Assembly (NCBI GenBank): GCA_951406725.2
Contig: OX597821.1
Coordinates: 97,340,001-97,404,000, forward strand
Direction of reading: 5' to 3'
DNA: 64,000 nucleotides
Origin: Octopus vulgaris
Taxonomy: Eukaryota
Under the pieces are notes generated by a model that was given only the letters and a program-made list of their open reading frames with translations, did not search any database and was not told where the DNA came from. Position numbers and translations under genes: made by a program. Every line of letters begins with the position of its first letter. Position 1 is the first letter of the stretch. Shown here piece by piece: positions 14,230 through 27,186 of this stretch.

Positions 14230-14657
14230 TGAGAGAGAGAGAGCTAGATAGATATTGAGAAAAATGAGAGAGATTTAAGTGCCATCATTGTAAGACCAGC
14301 TTCTGTTTGACCTTCAAAAGGATTTAAAAGTGGCAGGGTGATTTTGTATGTATGTGTGTATGTATTTATGTATGGATGCCAGGGTGTGTGTGTGTATGAG
14401 AGAGAGATGGGAGAGGAAGGAGAGAGAAAGAGGAGGAAGAGATGAGAGAGAAATTGGAGGGAGATATGAGAGAGAGAGAGAGAGAAAGAAGGGAGAGATG
14501 AGAGAGATCTAAGTGGCAATAATGTCAGACCAGCTTCTTGTTCGACCTTCAATAGATTTATAGCTGACAGAGTGATATTAGTAAATATATATATATATAG
14601 ATATATATGTAAATATGTATGTACATATATGCACACACACATATACACAAAGTTTGT

Positions 14658-14695
<38 letters not shown>

Positions 14696-14785
14696 GAGAG
14701 AGAGTATTGTATGTTTGTTACAACAAACCACAGAAATGCAATAAGTACACTTACACTAGAGATTAAATAGAGGTGCTGGCTAGTT

Positions 14786-14818
<33 letters not shown>

Positions 14819-15573
14819 CAGTAGCAGTAGTAGTAGTAGTAGTAGTTTTCTAACCACAGGTCAATGCCGATTAAGTAGATCAATGGCACTCCATTGATTT
14901 ATTTGATCTATCCTGTCTTATTGTTTGACAAATTGTATCAATGTCTACATCACATATTCTTAAAAACCTACTGTGGGCTTCTGCACAGTTTCCGTTTACT
15001 GTATTCAACTAACAAGGCATTGGATATGTCTTATGATACTAGATATGCCTCAAAGATATGCTAGAAAACATTTACACAGAGTGCCATCTACTGGGCTTGA
15101 ACCTGAAGCTATGGGGTTGCTATGCCTTCTGCAAAAGTGGGATGTGACTGGAACTGCGGTTGAGAGACACTGCATATAGTAAGTAATTAGTTTGGGGGCT
15201 GACAAAGAAAACAGACAATATTGCAACAAAACAATGAAAGGCGTACAACGAAAGGCAGGAGCCAAGGGAAGTAGTGGAGGATTTGAAGGGCTTGTTAAAG
15301 GTGTATATGTGGGCTGGGGGTTGTTTGTACTTAAACAACCTTAAGATCAATGAAGCCATCAAACCAATAATGGCTAATATATAATGATTATTCTTATCTC
15401 GGTCACTGCTTATAAAAAAGTAAGACCTGGTAGAAAGCCAAATGAGAAACTTAGAAATTCAGGGAAGCAGTGTTGAGTAGATAAATGAATATACCCTACA
15501 ATACTTCACAAGTTTTAAGTACTCTCTCCCCCTTTTGATATTACAAACCCATACAAATGTGTATATATGTATG

Positions 15574-15625
<52 letters not shown>

Positions 15626-15675
15626 GTATGTATGGATATATATATATATATAAATGTGTGTATATATGTATGTAT

Positions 15676-15714
<39 letters not shown>

Positions 15715-16064
15715 TAGATAGATAGATAGATAGATCATCATTTTTTAAAATCCTCCCTCTAGCTGGTCTACCAGAAGACTGTGCCAAGCTCTAGTGTCTT
15801 GCTGAAGAACAAGATGAACTGCCTGGTCCATGAATTCAAACAATGATCTTGTGATTGTGGGTGCAACACTCTAAACACAATGCCATGCACTTTCATTGCT
15901 TTAAGTTTAGTCTTAAATTATTTGAAATCTAATCCAGCCTCATGTGAAAATTCTGTTACTGAAATGATAACTGATTTGATATTGTTTTTGGAATCATAAT
16001 CAATAAAGGTACATAGAAAGTCTGTTTGTAAGCTGGAAAGTGGGCAGCACTAAAAACTGCCTTC

Positions 16065-16292
16065 TTAACCCTTTAGCATTTAAACTGGTGATATTTGGCC
16101 CAAATACTCTACATGTTTTGTGTTCAAACCAGCTAGATCTGGCCTCTTACACCTACCCAACAATATTGTTCTAAAAATATACAATGACATCATTGAAATC
16201 TTGAAGCAATGAGATAATGCATGATTAAATCAAAACCATGTGAGTAAATAAACATTACTTTTGACAAAATAATCTAAATGCTAAAGGTTTAA
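16065..16292. mobile_element. piggyBac-type MITE
   Basis: TTAA-CCCTTTAGCATT...AATGCTAAAGG-TTAA. Other copies at 9098, 31668 and 37147. Confidence 0.8.
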
Positions 16293-16782
16293 ACAAACTC
16301 CTTGTCACTCAATAGTACCTTACTACCTGCAATAGGTTTCTTTGTATTTTTCCTTTAGTATATTTCTCTCATATTACTAATAGTTCAGTTAAATACCACA
16401 GCCATATGTTATGGTTGGCACTTAAAATGTATTCAAAACAAATTGTATTTTTGCTGCAGAGATGAGTTTTAAAAATACTTTTGATTTTGTCAAAATGAAA
16501 CAATTATTATTGACAGAATTGTTAGCATACTGGTCAAAATGCTTAGTGACATTTTATCTGTCTTTTATATTCTGAGTTCAAATTTGCCAAGAGCAACTTT
16601 GCCTTCCATCCTTTCAGGGTCAGTAAAAGCTCTGAGTAGTAGTAATCAACCAGCTTTCTGCCCAAGATTTCAAACTTTGTGCCTATAATAAAAAGGATTA
16701 TTATTTTTATAATAATTGCTGACCATGTGCCCAAAATTTGAAGCCATTGTCGGCGGCGTCATCGGCGTTGTCGGTGTTGTTA

Positions 16783-17185
16783 AGGTAGTGAGCTGGCAGA
16801 ATTGTTAGCACACCAGGTGAAATGCTTAGTGGTATTTCGTCTGCCACTACATTCTGAGTTCAAATTCCGCCGAGGTCGACTTTGCCTTTCATCTTTTCGG
16901 GGTCGATTAAATAAGTACTAGTTACGCACTGGGGTCGATATAATCGACTTAATCCATTTACCTGTCCTTGTTTATCCTCTCTATGTTTAGCCCCTTGTGG
17001 GTAGTAAAGAAATAGGTATTTCGTCTGCTGCTACGTTCTGAGTTCAAATCCTGCCAAGTTTGACTTTGCCTTTAATCCTTTTGGGGTTCGTCGATAAATT
17101 AAGTACCAGTTGAGTACTGGGGTCAATGTGATCGACTGTCTCCCTCCCTGCAAAATCTAGGCCTTGTGCCTATAGTAGAAAGAAT
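16783..17185 (+). mobile_element. SINE family A dimer with two different 3' tails
   Basis: Unit 1 ends gccccttgtgggtagtaaagaaatag. Unit 2 ends ggccttgtgcctatagtagaaag(att)n. Confidence 0.8.
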
Positions 17186-17221
17186 TATTATTATTATTAT
17201 TATCATTATTATTATTATTAT

Positions 17222-17741
<520 letters not shown>

Positions 17742-17879
17742 CATCATCATCATCATCATAATCATCATCATTAATAATACGCAGTGAGCTGCTAGTATTA
17801 TTAGCACACCAGGCAAAATGCCCCCAAATTTTAGGCTTTGTATCAATAGTAAAAAAAATTTGTTATTATTATTATGATT

Positions 17880-18405
17880 CATCATCATCATCATCATTTA
17901 ACATCCGCTTTCCATGCTAGCATGGATTGGACGATTGACTGAGGGCTGTTGAACCAGATGGCTGCACCAGGCCTCAGTCTTCCTCTGGCAGAGTTTCTAC
18001 AGCTGGATGCTCTTCCTAACACCAACCACTCCGAGAGTGTAGTGGGTGCTTTTACGTGCCACCGGCATGGGGCCAGTCAGGCGGTACTGGCAACAACTTC
18101 ACTCGAATCTTTTACACATGCCACCAGCACAGGTGCTAGTAAGGTGATGCTGGTAATGATCACGCTTGAATGGTGTCTTTTACGTGCCACTGGCATGGAG
18201 GCTAGATAGCCGCTCTCGCAACGAACATGCTCGGATGGTGCTCTTAATACCCTACTAGCACAGGGCTCAAGTGCCAGTAAGGCGATGCTGGTAACGATCA
18301 CACTCGAATGGTGACTTTTAAGTTCCACTGGCACGGAGGCCAGATAGCTGCTCTATCAATGATCACGCTTGTATGGTGCTCTTTGCACCCTGCTAGCACG
18401 GACAT
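17880..18405 (-). mobile_element. SINE-like family C with an internal ~65 bp minisatellite and (GAT)n tail
   Basis: Carries ggatgcccttcctaa and ccatgctagcatgg motifs plus repeated gtgctttttacgtgccaccggca units. Other copies at 11065, 31043, 37274, 42445, 43630, 47268, 48340 and 55153. Confidence 0.8.
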
Positions 18406-18719
18406 CAATCATCAAAATTGATTTTGATTTTGATATTATTATTATTATTATCATTATTATTACTACTATTATTATCATTATTATTATTATTATTATTATC
18501 ATTATTATTATTATTAAGGTGATGCATTAGCAGAATTGTTAACACACAAGACAAAATGCTTAGTGGCAGTTTGTCTGTCTGCACATTTTGAGTTCAAATT
18601 CCGCCAGGGTCAACTTTGCCTTTTATCTTTCTGAGGTCAATAAATAAGTAGCACTGAAACATTGGAGTTGATGTGATCAACAAGTCCCCTCCCACCAAAT
18701 TTCATGTCTTGTGCCTTTA

Positions 18720-18870
18720 CAGTTCTGTATTCAAGAGGTGAGGAATTATGTACATTATTTACACTTGACGGATATTTGTCTTCATCTTGTTTGTTGTTAA
18801 CACAGGTGTCTTGGGAAATTTTGAACCTGGGTTCTCATGACTAAGATATTTTTCAAAGTTGTTGTTGTTG

Positions 18871-18910
<40 letters not shown>

Positions 18911-19008
18911 CATCATCATTATTATTCCAGTCACTGCCTGGAATCGAACTTGGAATCTTGGGGTTAGTAGCCCATGCGCTTGACCACTACGCCATATGCC
19001 CGTGGGCA
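18720..19008 (-). mobile_element. tRNA-derived SINE with internal (AAT)n
   Basis: The minus-strand head GGGCATATGGCGTAGTGGTCAAGCGC...AGTTCGATTCC has A and B boxes. The acceptor stem does not close. Confidence 0.6.
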
Positions 19009-19228
19009 TGTGCTTTTGTAGAAAGGATTATTATGGCAGTAAGTTGGTAGAATCATTAGTGTGTCGGGCAAAATGCTTACTAATATATACTCACATATAT
19101 ATATATATATATATATATAATTAATCAATATAGGGTGGCAAGGAAAATTTTGTAGAATTTTTTGCCACCAGCGGCCCAGTGGGAAAAAATTAAATAGTCA
19201 TAGACCATTTTTAAGTTCAACATTAACA

Positions 19229-19290
<62 letters not shown>

Positions 19291-19298
19291 TATATATA

Positions 19299-19394
<96 letters not shown>

Positions 19395-19430
19395 AATATA
19401 TGTATATATATATGTGCATATATATATATT

Positions 19431-19462
<32 letters not shown>

Positions 19463-20129
19463 CAAATATATGTATATATATATGTGCATATATATATATT
19501 TGAGGATACAGAGAGTAGATTGGGGAAGGGGAGTGGGAGTTGAATATTCCACAGCACTTGAACACAGGTAAAATCACCTGGATTTTGTGATTTCGTATAT
19601 GATCCCACCAATGGGCTTATATTACTTTCTATTTAATTTTACTCATACTGTTTAGGTCAACTAAGACACACAAGGGGTGTCTATGTTCTAAGTTGGGACT
19701 TTATGTTTCCAAAGTTCCTTAATCATTCAGCTATGCCAGTGCCTTCTCAAAATATGCAAATATACATTTGTGAATGCTTGAATATGCATATGTACATGCA
19801 CTCACCTTTAGCTTATTAATAAATTAATTGCTCATTAATTGAAAATAGCATTGTCCAATTAGCTAATTAATTTTAAGATTACACTACCGCACGAAAATTA
19901 GCACAATAGGAAATTACCATCATCATTATTATCATAATTATATTAAGGTAACAAGTTAGTGGAATTGACAGGGCATCAGACAAAATGCTTAGCAGCATTT
20001 CTTTGATGCATTATGTTCTTGGTATAATAAGTACCAGTGGAGCACTGAGATCAATGTAATCAACTAACACCCTCCCACAAAAATTTGTGCCCTTGTGCCG
20101 GAATTTGAAAGAATTATCATTATTATTAA

Positions 20130-20450
20130 AGGGACATGAATGACCATGGGATTGCACCTGCAAAGTTAGCCTCCTTGGCACAAGTCCAAGCAACGTTGTA
20201 TGGAAGACCAGCTGTTGCCCATGTATACCAGCCTCCCCTCTCCATGCCACTGATGTTATCCAAGGGAAGGACAAAGGGGCCGATACAGCTTGGTACCAGT
20301 GATGTCGCAACTCATTTCTACAGCTGAGTGAACTGGAGCAACGTGAAATAAGTGTCTTGTTCAAGAACATGGCTCAGAGCCTGGTCCAAGCATCAAACTC
20401 ACTACCTCATGATTGAAAGCCTGATGCTCTAACCACTGAGCCATGCACCT
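20130..20450 (-). mobile_element. tRNA-derived CORE-like SINE
   Basis: Head catggctcagtggttagagc, core ttcttgaacaagacacttatttcacgttgctcc. Related copies at 46807-47100 and 31420-31610. Confidence 0.65.
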
Positions 20451-20949
20451 TGTTATTATTAATGTCATATTATAATTTAGGAAGTAAAAAGGTGGCAAGC
20501 TGGCAGAAACGTTAGCATGTTGGAAAAATGCTAACCAGTATTTTGTCTGTCTTTACGTTCTGAGTTCAAATTCCACCAAGGTCGACTTTGCCATTCATCC
20601 TTTCAGGGTCGATAAATTAAATATCAGTTGCATATTGGGGTCAACTAATCGACTGGCCCCCTCCCCCAAAATTTCAGGCCTTGTGCCTAGATTAGAAAGG
20701 ATTATTTAGGAAGTAAAAAGCAGAATTGTTAGTGCAATGGACTAAATGCTTAGCAGCATTTCTTCCTGCTCTTCATATGCCAAGCTAAAATCCCACTAAG
20801 GTCAACTTTACCTTTCATTCTTTTAAGATTGATAAAATAGAGTACTAGTTGAACATTGAGGTCAGTATAATCGACTATCCTCCACTGTCTCAAAATTTAT
20901 GGTCTTATGCCAAATTTTGAAACAATTGTTATCATTATTATTATCATTA

Positions 20950-21507
20950 TTGAGTGAGAGAGCAGTGCATGCCATCAAAGTGACACTGGGGTAAAATATA
21001 TGAAGCCCAGTATACCCATCATGACTACCCGTCTGATAAGGGTACACTAGGCACATGCATCACAACCATATGTGTGACACGGTGATCTCACACCAAGATA
21101 AACAGCACATGACCTTGCAGGTGGGGCCCAGTTAGAATTTTCTTCTGGTCCAGTAGCCCATCCCTCTCAAACGGTCCTTGAATAAGGGTTGTTTAAGGAT
21201 GTTGAACAAAACACCCATGTTTCCAGAGGTGAATTATTTAAACCCCAAAGAATCCCTCTCAACACATGGCTATGATGCTCCCCCACTACTTCTGCTCGTG
21301 ATCAGAGATGCACATATCGTCAGCCACTAAGGTACATGGTCAACTGGTTAAGGTCAAACAACTGACAAGCAAATCTGTGGTATTGAGTAGAATATTTGCT
21401 GTAGCCCATCTTTTATACCAAGACAAAACAATGTACATGATAACAGTTCCAATCAGTTAAGATCAGAAGCCATGAGAGCCACTGCCTGGTACTGCATCAG
21501 GGCATTT
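20950..21507 (-). mobile_element. Non-coding ~550 bp retroposon (family E) in an (AAT)n context
   Basis: Its 3' 200 bp recur in reverse at 35640-35860. Both copies end ctctctcactc(aat)n. Confidence 0.7.
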
Positions 21508-21592
21508 TATTATAAATCCTTAAATCCTTAAAAATGTTTTAACCCGAAGGCCACGGCCATGCTGGGGCACCACCGCTAAAATTATAATTATA

Positions 21593-21630
<38 letters not shown>

Positions 21631-22476
21631 CATCATCATCATCATCGTCGTCGTCGTCGTCATCAAGGAAGCAGGCTGGTGGAATTGTTAGCACATCAAG
21701 CAAAATACTTTGTGGCATTTCGTTCGTCATTATGTTCTGAGTTCAAATGCTGTCAGGGTTGACTTTGACTTTCATCCTTTTGGGGTTGATAAAATAAGTA
21801 CCAGTTGAACACATCAACTTACTCCCTACCGCTGAAACTGCTGGCCTTGGGCAAAACTTTGAAACTATCACCATTATCATCATCATCATCACCATGAAGG
21901 TAGCACGGTGGCATGTCGGGTAAAATGCTTCACAGCATTTTATCTGTTTTTACATTCTGAGTTTAAATTCCACCAACGTCGAATTTACCTTTCATCCATT
22001 TGGGGTTAATAAAATAAGCACCAGTTGAGCACTGGGGTCAATGTAATCAGCTTACCTGCTCCCCTGGAGTTGCTGGCTTTGTACCAAAATATGAAATCAA
22101 ACATTGTGTGTGTGTGGGGGGGTGTAATTGAAAAATAGTTTGTGTGAAGTATGTGCAAGCAAAACAAGAGATTGAAAAATTTTGACAGAGATTCAAATAT
22201 CTGAATTTCTGTCTGAAGAATTTCTAATAGGAGACATCTTACTTGTTTTCCACTACATGTACAATTTTGTAACTCCTATTAGTAAATGGAACACATGTAA
22301 TGGGGAATAAATTTTTCATCACAAAATTTTTCAATCTCTTGTTTTGATATTATTGCTCTGCAGAAAATATTTTCCAGCATTTTCAACTCCTATGCACACA
22401 CTTCACACAAATATAACATCTACATAAAAATTTGGAAGAATACTGAAATAAACAGATATGCTGCAAGAAAATTTAA

Positions 22477-22531
<55 letters not shown>

Positions 22532-22553
22532 AGTATATATATATATATACGTG

Positions 22554-22590
<37 letters not shown>

Positions 22591-23069
22591 ATATATCTAT
22601 TTATCAATCTGTTATATATATTAATAGATATTTGTATGCATGTGGTATCTATTATCTATCTAGCTATACATGTTCACACACACACACATATATATACAGA
22701 GCTGTATATATGTTTGTGGCGTCTGGTAACTTATTTGAAGTAGTCATCCATAACTTTTCTTTAAAATATGAATCAGAGAATCAGAATAATAAAATATATA
22801 TCCACGTATGTGTGTGTGTGAGTGTATGTATTTGCATGTGGTGTGTGTGTGTGTGAGACAGCAGATCCTGTATTGGTTTCAACAATGTATCTTCCTGTTC
22901 TTTTCAATTGATTAAACAGCTTCCTCATTGATGAGTTGGTGAGTTTTCCACAGCTATTTGTACTCCTAAAATAATTCTTAAGCTGAATCAGCAGGATACT
23001 GTTTCTCAATGCTTAACCGTTTGAATTACCAATATAGTCTTTCCTTCTTGTATATATATATATATATAT

Positions 23070-23430
23070 CATCAGTGGTCCAACATGAGTCAGTGTTGAC
23101 TGTTCTGTTCAGAAAGCTTCTCCAACAGGAGAGGTACAAGACCTGCTCTTAATCTCCTGTGGCAATGAGATCTACTGCACCCACATCTCTGAACATAACA
23201 CCTTTGGCAGGTAGTAAGGCAGTTGGTGTCATTCCTCCACCAGACTGCCTCTCTGGACCTCCATGCCAGGTACCAAGTGGTGTACAAGAGTATAACAAGC
23301 ATGGTCCAAGACATTGGTATCCAACGTCCAGTTGCCAACATCTTCACCACATTCCTTCCATAGGAATGTAAGGGATTGCTAACAAGGTACTACCCCTTTC
23401 TACGGCTTGCCACTAATGTGAGTGCCATAC
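23070..23430 (-). mobile_element. Degenerate RTE LINE 3' fragment
   Basis: A C-terminal CSRSHCHRRLRAGL is reminiscent of the RTE C2H2 motif, and it ends in a (TGA) tail. Confidence 0.5.
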
Positions 23431-23480
23431 CATTCAGTACCATATATAATTATATATATGTATATATATATATATGTATA

Positions 23481-23524
<44 letters not shown>

Positions 23525-23526
<2 letters not shown>

Positions 23527-23722
23527 GGAGTAAACACATAAATGTGAAACAAGGTGGAAAAAAGAGTACTCAAATACCAGGGGTAGAATAATATGCTTTA
23601 TTTAAAAGCAGCAGAAATTCAACAAAACCTGTTACTCGGAGTTTCATGTTCTCCGTCCGACAAACGGGAATGGGAAACTCCGAGTAATAGATTTTGTTGA
23701 ATTTCTGCTGCTTTTAAATAAA

Positions 23723-23725
<3 letters not shown>
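23525..23725. mobile_element. (TA)n-embedded palindromic element with a hammerhead-like motif (family H2)
   Basis: About 50 bp inverted arms (23596-23724) around CCGACAA-ACG/GGAA-GAAACTCCGAGTA. Same family at 45878-46230, with a fragment at 28860-28922. Confidence 0.75.
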
Positions 23726-23767
<42 letters not shown>

Positions 23768-24214
23768 CATGTGTAAGTCATCTAAGAGACCATACGTCAG
23801 GGAAAAGATGCATTCATACATCTATCAATAGAGTGGCTATATTATCCAAAATGTTAAGTATTATATGTCCATCACAGCTGATCTTACCACTTGGTTTCAC
23901 ACAAGGAATATAACGAAGTGTTAGGTAGCAATCCAATTATATAATCTTATACTCATCAGTTTGCCAATATGGAAGGGAATATGGTGACTGTTCTTTATTG
24001 TTGGAGGTGGATTCACACAACTGGTTTACACTCCATTGCATTCCTTGCACGAAACCAGTTGGTAAGATCAGCCATGAAGGATATATAATACTTTACATTT
24101 CGGATAATGTATATATATAAATATAGGTATATATATAAATGTATGTATAAACACAGGTATATATGGGTGTGTGTGTGTGTGTGTGTGTAAATACATGTCT
24201 ATGTGTATATATAT

Positions 24215-24428
24215 ATATATATATATTAAATTAGAGATAAAACCACTATTAGGCAAATCAAACAATGAAAAACATAAACCAAAACATAGAAATAAAATTA
24301 ATTAATATAATATAATTAATTAATATAATATTATATTAATTAATTTTATTTCTATGTTTTGGTTTATGTTTTTCATTGTTTGATTTGCCTAATAGTGGTT
24401 TTATCTCTAATTTAATATATATATATTT
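24215..24428. repeat. Perfect inverted repeat with about 90 bp arms
   Basis: tatattaaattagagataaaaccactattaggc...attaatataat and its exact reverse complement. Confidence 0.95.
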
Positions 24429-24492
24429 ATACTGTAAAATTAGATTTAATCCTAAATCTAATTTTTCCCTGTAAGTTTGGATTTACTCCCTG

Positions 24493-24540
<48 letters not shown>

Positions 24541-24644
24541 ATAAGGTGTATTATGAGGATTTATAGAACACAGTCCTATATAAACTCAACAAAACAATTA
24601 AAGATGGAGAAGAGATGTTAAAAGTTTGATAACATTTTAATCCA

Positions 24645-24748
24645 TGCATACGATTGTTTCAAATGGTATCACCAACATGTAAGAAACATGGAAGAGATTA
24701 AATTAATCATAATTAATTTAATTATATATTGCCATTCTTGTCAGTGCA
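24645..24748 (-). ncRNA. Type I hammerhead ribozyme motif, G8A-decayed, long stem II
   Basis: tgca CTGACAA GAATGG...CCATTT GAAAC AATC GTA tgca. The stem III and triplet segment is identical to 47162-47247. Confidence 0.7.
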
Positions 24749-24843
24749 AAAAATGAAGGAAACACCAGAAAAGTTGTAAAAGTTGTATGGACCTCCACCC
24801 CAAAGTAAAATTGTTCTAATTGAACTAAACCTTTCTCATATAT

Positions 24844-24874
<31 letters not shown>

Positions 24875-25217
24875 GATTGATGGAAGGGTGAATGTATTCA
24901 CGCACATGTACATTTACAAAGAAGGTCAGCTGTACTTTTGCTGGTCTCTGGACATGCAACATTGCAAGTTCTTTTTCTTATTTTATTTTTATAAATTTTC
25001 ACTGGGACTAGAATCTATAAATGTAATAAAAATGTATATGCTACAGTTTACTAAATATAGGAATATTTATTTAGTTTCATTATCCTCAACTTTTATACTT
25101 TTTATCCTAAAAATCACAAACAAAAGACATGTCCCAGCAACTGCCAAAATATTTTGTACCTTTAGCCAGCCTTGTGTGTCCATATATACATAAATATAAT
25201 GTATTTGTATGTGTGTG

Positions 25218-25254
<37 letters not shown>

Positions 25255-25411
25255 TTATATGAATACTATGAACTTTTTTACCCCCTTACTTTTACTCCCT
25301 CCCCTCACTTAGCGGTCATTCAAATAGTTCTTTTTGTCTAAATAACGGTCAATCACACAGTAATTTCCCTTTGTATAATGGTCATTTTTCATAGTATTTT
25401 TCCGATGGCCG

Positions 25412-25472
25412 GATAACTGAAGAAATAGCAGCATGGATTTCCACCTCGGCATCCAAAACTTGGAGTTTTATC
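25412..25472 (+). ncRNA. Hammerhead-like motif, degenerate (G12A)
   Basis: gataa CTGAAGA ... ggat/atcc AAAAC TTGGA GTT ttatc. Stem I is 5 bp and stem II is irregular. Confidence 0.5.
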
Positions 25473-25510
25473 ATGGCTACCGAATAATTGTCACATATTA
25501 CGTTTACAGA

Positions 25511-25541
<31 letters not shown>

Positions 25542-25596
25542 CATCATCATCATCATCATCATCGTTTAGCGTCCGTTTTCCATGCTAGCATGGGTT

Positions 25597-25658
<62 letters not shown>

Positions 25659-25667
25659 GTACTCTAT

Positions 25668-25882
25668 ACTTAAAAGTTAATCCAAACAAGAAAGCACAAA
25701 AAAAGACAACAACGCAAGGACGTGGAACAAATATAGTATTATTGGACGCTCAGGAAAGAAGGAAAGGAGGAGGGTTTAACGTTTCGAGCAGAGCTCTTCG
25801 TTGGAAACATAGGAGAAGGAAAGATCCAGAGAAGGGAAGACAGAGGAAAAAAATCACCAACGGTACACACGAGGTCACATAT
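25668..25882 (-). mobile_element. ~210 bp (TA)n-embedded element with a minimal hammerhead motif (family H1), HHR at 25774-25808
   Basis: gttt CCAACGA A GAGC TCT GCTC GAAAC GTT aaac. Family copies at 40987-41197, 50165-50345 and 50745-50920. Confidence 0.75.
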
Positions 25883-25949
25883 ATATATATATATATAGTA
25901 GAAAAATAAAGAGAAAGTTTTTGGTACAGTATTATTTATCTTTGAAAGA

Positions 25950-26500
25950 ATGAGTAGGGATGACTTTTTTGAGGGGATAACTTTTATTTTAATCTTAATA
26001 ATAATAATAATAATGCTTACAGTCATTCTTCAGAGTCCCAGAAAGACATTTTGTCACATCCCTGATCAGCCATGTGTGGCACCTCAAAGATCAATGGACC
26101 CTGTGTGATATCAGGTAGAAAATAATAGAACATTCAAGCCCATATATTAATGGAGGTGGCTGTTGTAAAATCTGCATCTCAGATAGAACCAAAATTCTAA
26201 AGGACTATGCTAAACCTGGCATGTGTCCATTTCAAGTGCTACCTACTGGAAAATTGGATCTCCCTATTTGCTGGTTAGGTTATTTTGGTTCTGTAAGGGT
26301 TTCTCATCCCCTGGTTCAGAGGAAATTACCCATCCTCATTAAGGTTTCTATACGTTAGCCATTAAATCTTGATACCTGAGTGTCTCCATGTGGTAGAAAG
26401 TTAAATTTTTTTGTCTTTGTATAGTGTCTGATGAGCTGTCCACAAGACTGTAGCTTTCATGGATACAAAACTTTTGGTAACTCTGTGACTAGAATTTAAT
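25950..26500 (+). mobile_element. Penelope-like element remnant: GIY-YIG C-terminal region plus downstream hammerhead
   Basis: 26020-26200 translates SFFRVPERHFVTSLISHVWHLKDQWTLCDIR*KIIEHSSPYINGGGCCKICISDRTKIL, matching the PLE pattern SF...T.LS.HIW.LK...W.II...PY..G...C.LC..E...I. Confidence 0.75.
26421..26486 (+). ncRNA. Type I hammerhead motif (G12A) at the 3' end of the Penelope remnant
   Basis: atagtgt CTGATGA GCTGTCCA...TGGATAC AAAAC TTTTG GTA actctgt. Stem I pairs 6 of 7. Confidence 0.7.
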
Positions 26501-26834
26501 TTTTTGTTTTAATACATACATACATACATACATACATAAATATATATACATATATACGTATATGTAAACACAAACACACACATACACATATATATATAAT
26601 AGGAGTCTCTCAGTCAACATCTGTGAATGTTTATGCAATTTCTAAAGTCAAAGTTAGCTGTACAGGGCAGTTACGGTTGCAGGTCAAGGAAGGAGCATGA
26701 CATTTTAGGATGGGAGCAGACATTTTCTCGGTTTCTCATGGGTAGTTCTAAGGCACTATAAAGACACTTTATATGCCAGTTGGTTTGGCAGGACTTTATA
26801 TATATATTTGTGTGTGTGTGTGTATATGTTTATG

Positions 26835-26977
26835 TTTACTTGTTTCAGTCATTTGACTGCAGCCATGCTGGAGCACCGCCTTTAATCGAGCAACTCGACC
26901 CCGGGACTTATTCTTTTTGTCTCTTTTGCCGAACCGCGAAGTAATGGGGACATAAACACACCAGCACAAACACACAC

Positions 26978-27018
<41 letters not shown>

Positions 27019-27186
27019 TACGATGGGCTTCTTTTCAGTTTCTGTCTACCAAATCCACTCACAAGGCTTTGGTCGGCCCGAGGCTATAGTAGAAGACACT
27101 TGCCCAAGGTGCCACGCAGTGGGACTGAACCTGGAACCATGTGGTTGGTAAACAAGCTACTTACCACACAGCCACTCCTGTGCCTA
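26835..27186 (-). mobile_element. SINE family B with internal deletions
   Basis: Head and tail match 45418-45850 in reverse. Confidence 0.85.

Noticed and set aside
18925-19005. tRNA-like sequence
   Set aside because: The acceptor and anticodon stems do not close. It is a SINE head, as are the other A/B-box sequences in the window.
19690-19740. Minus-strand CTGAATGA...GAAAC...GTC hammerhead-like string
   Set aside because: The spacing is wrong and the stems are poor. It is better explained as a decayed SINE head.
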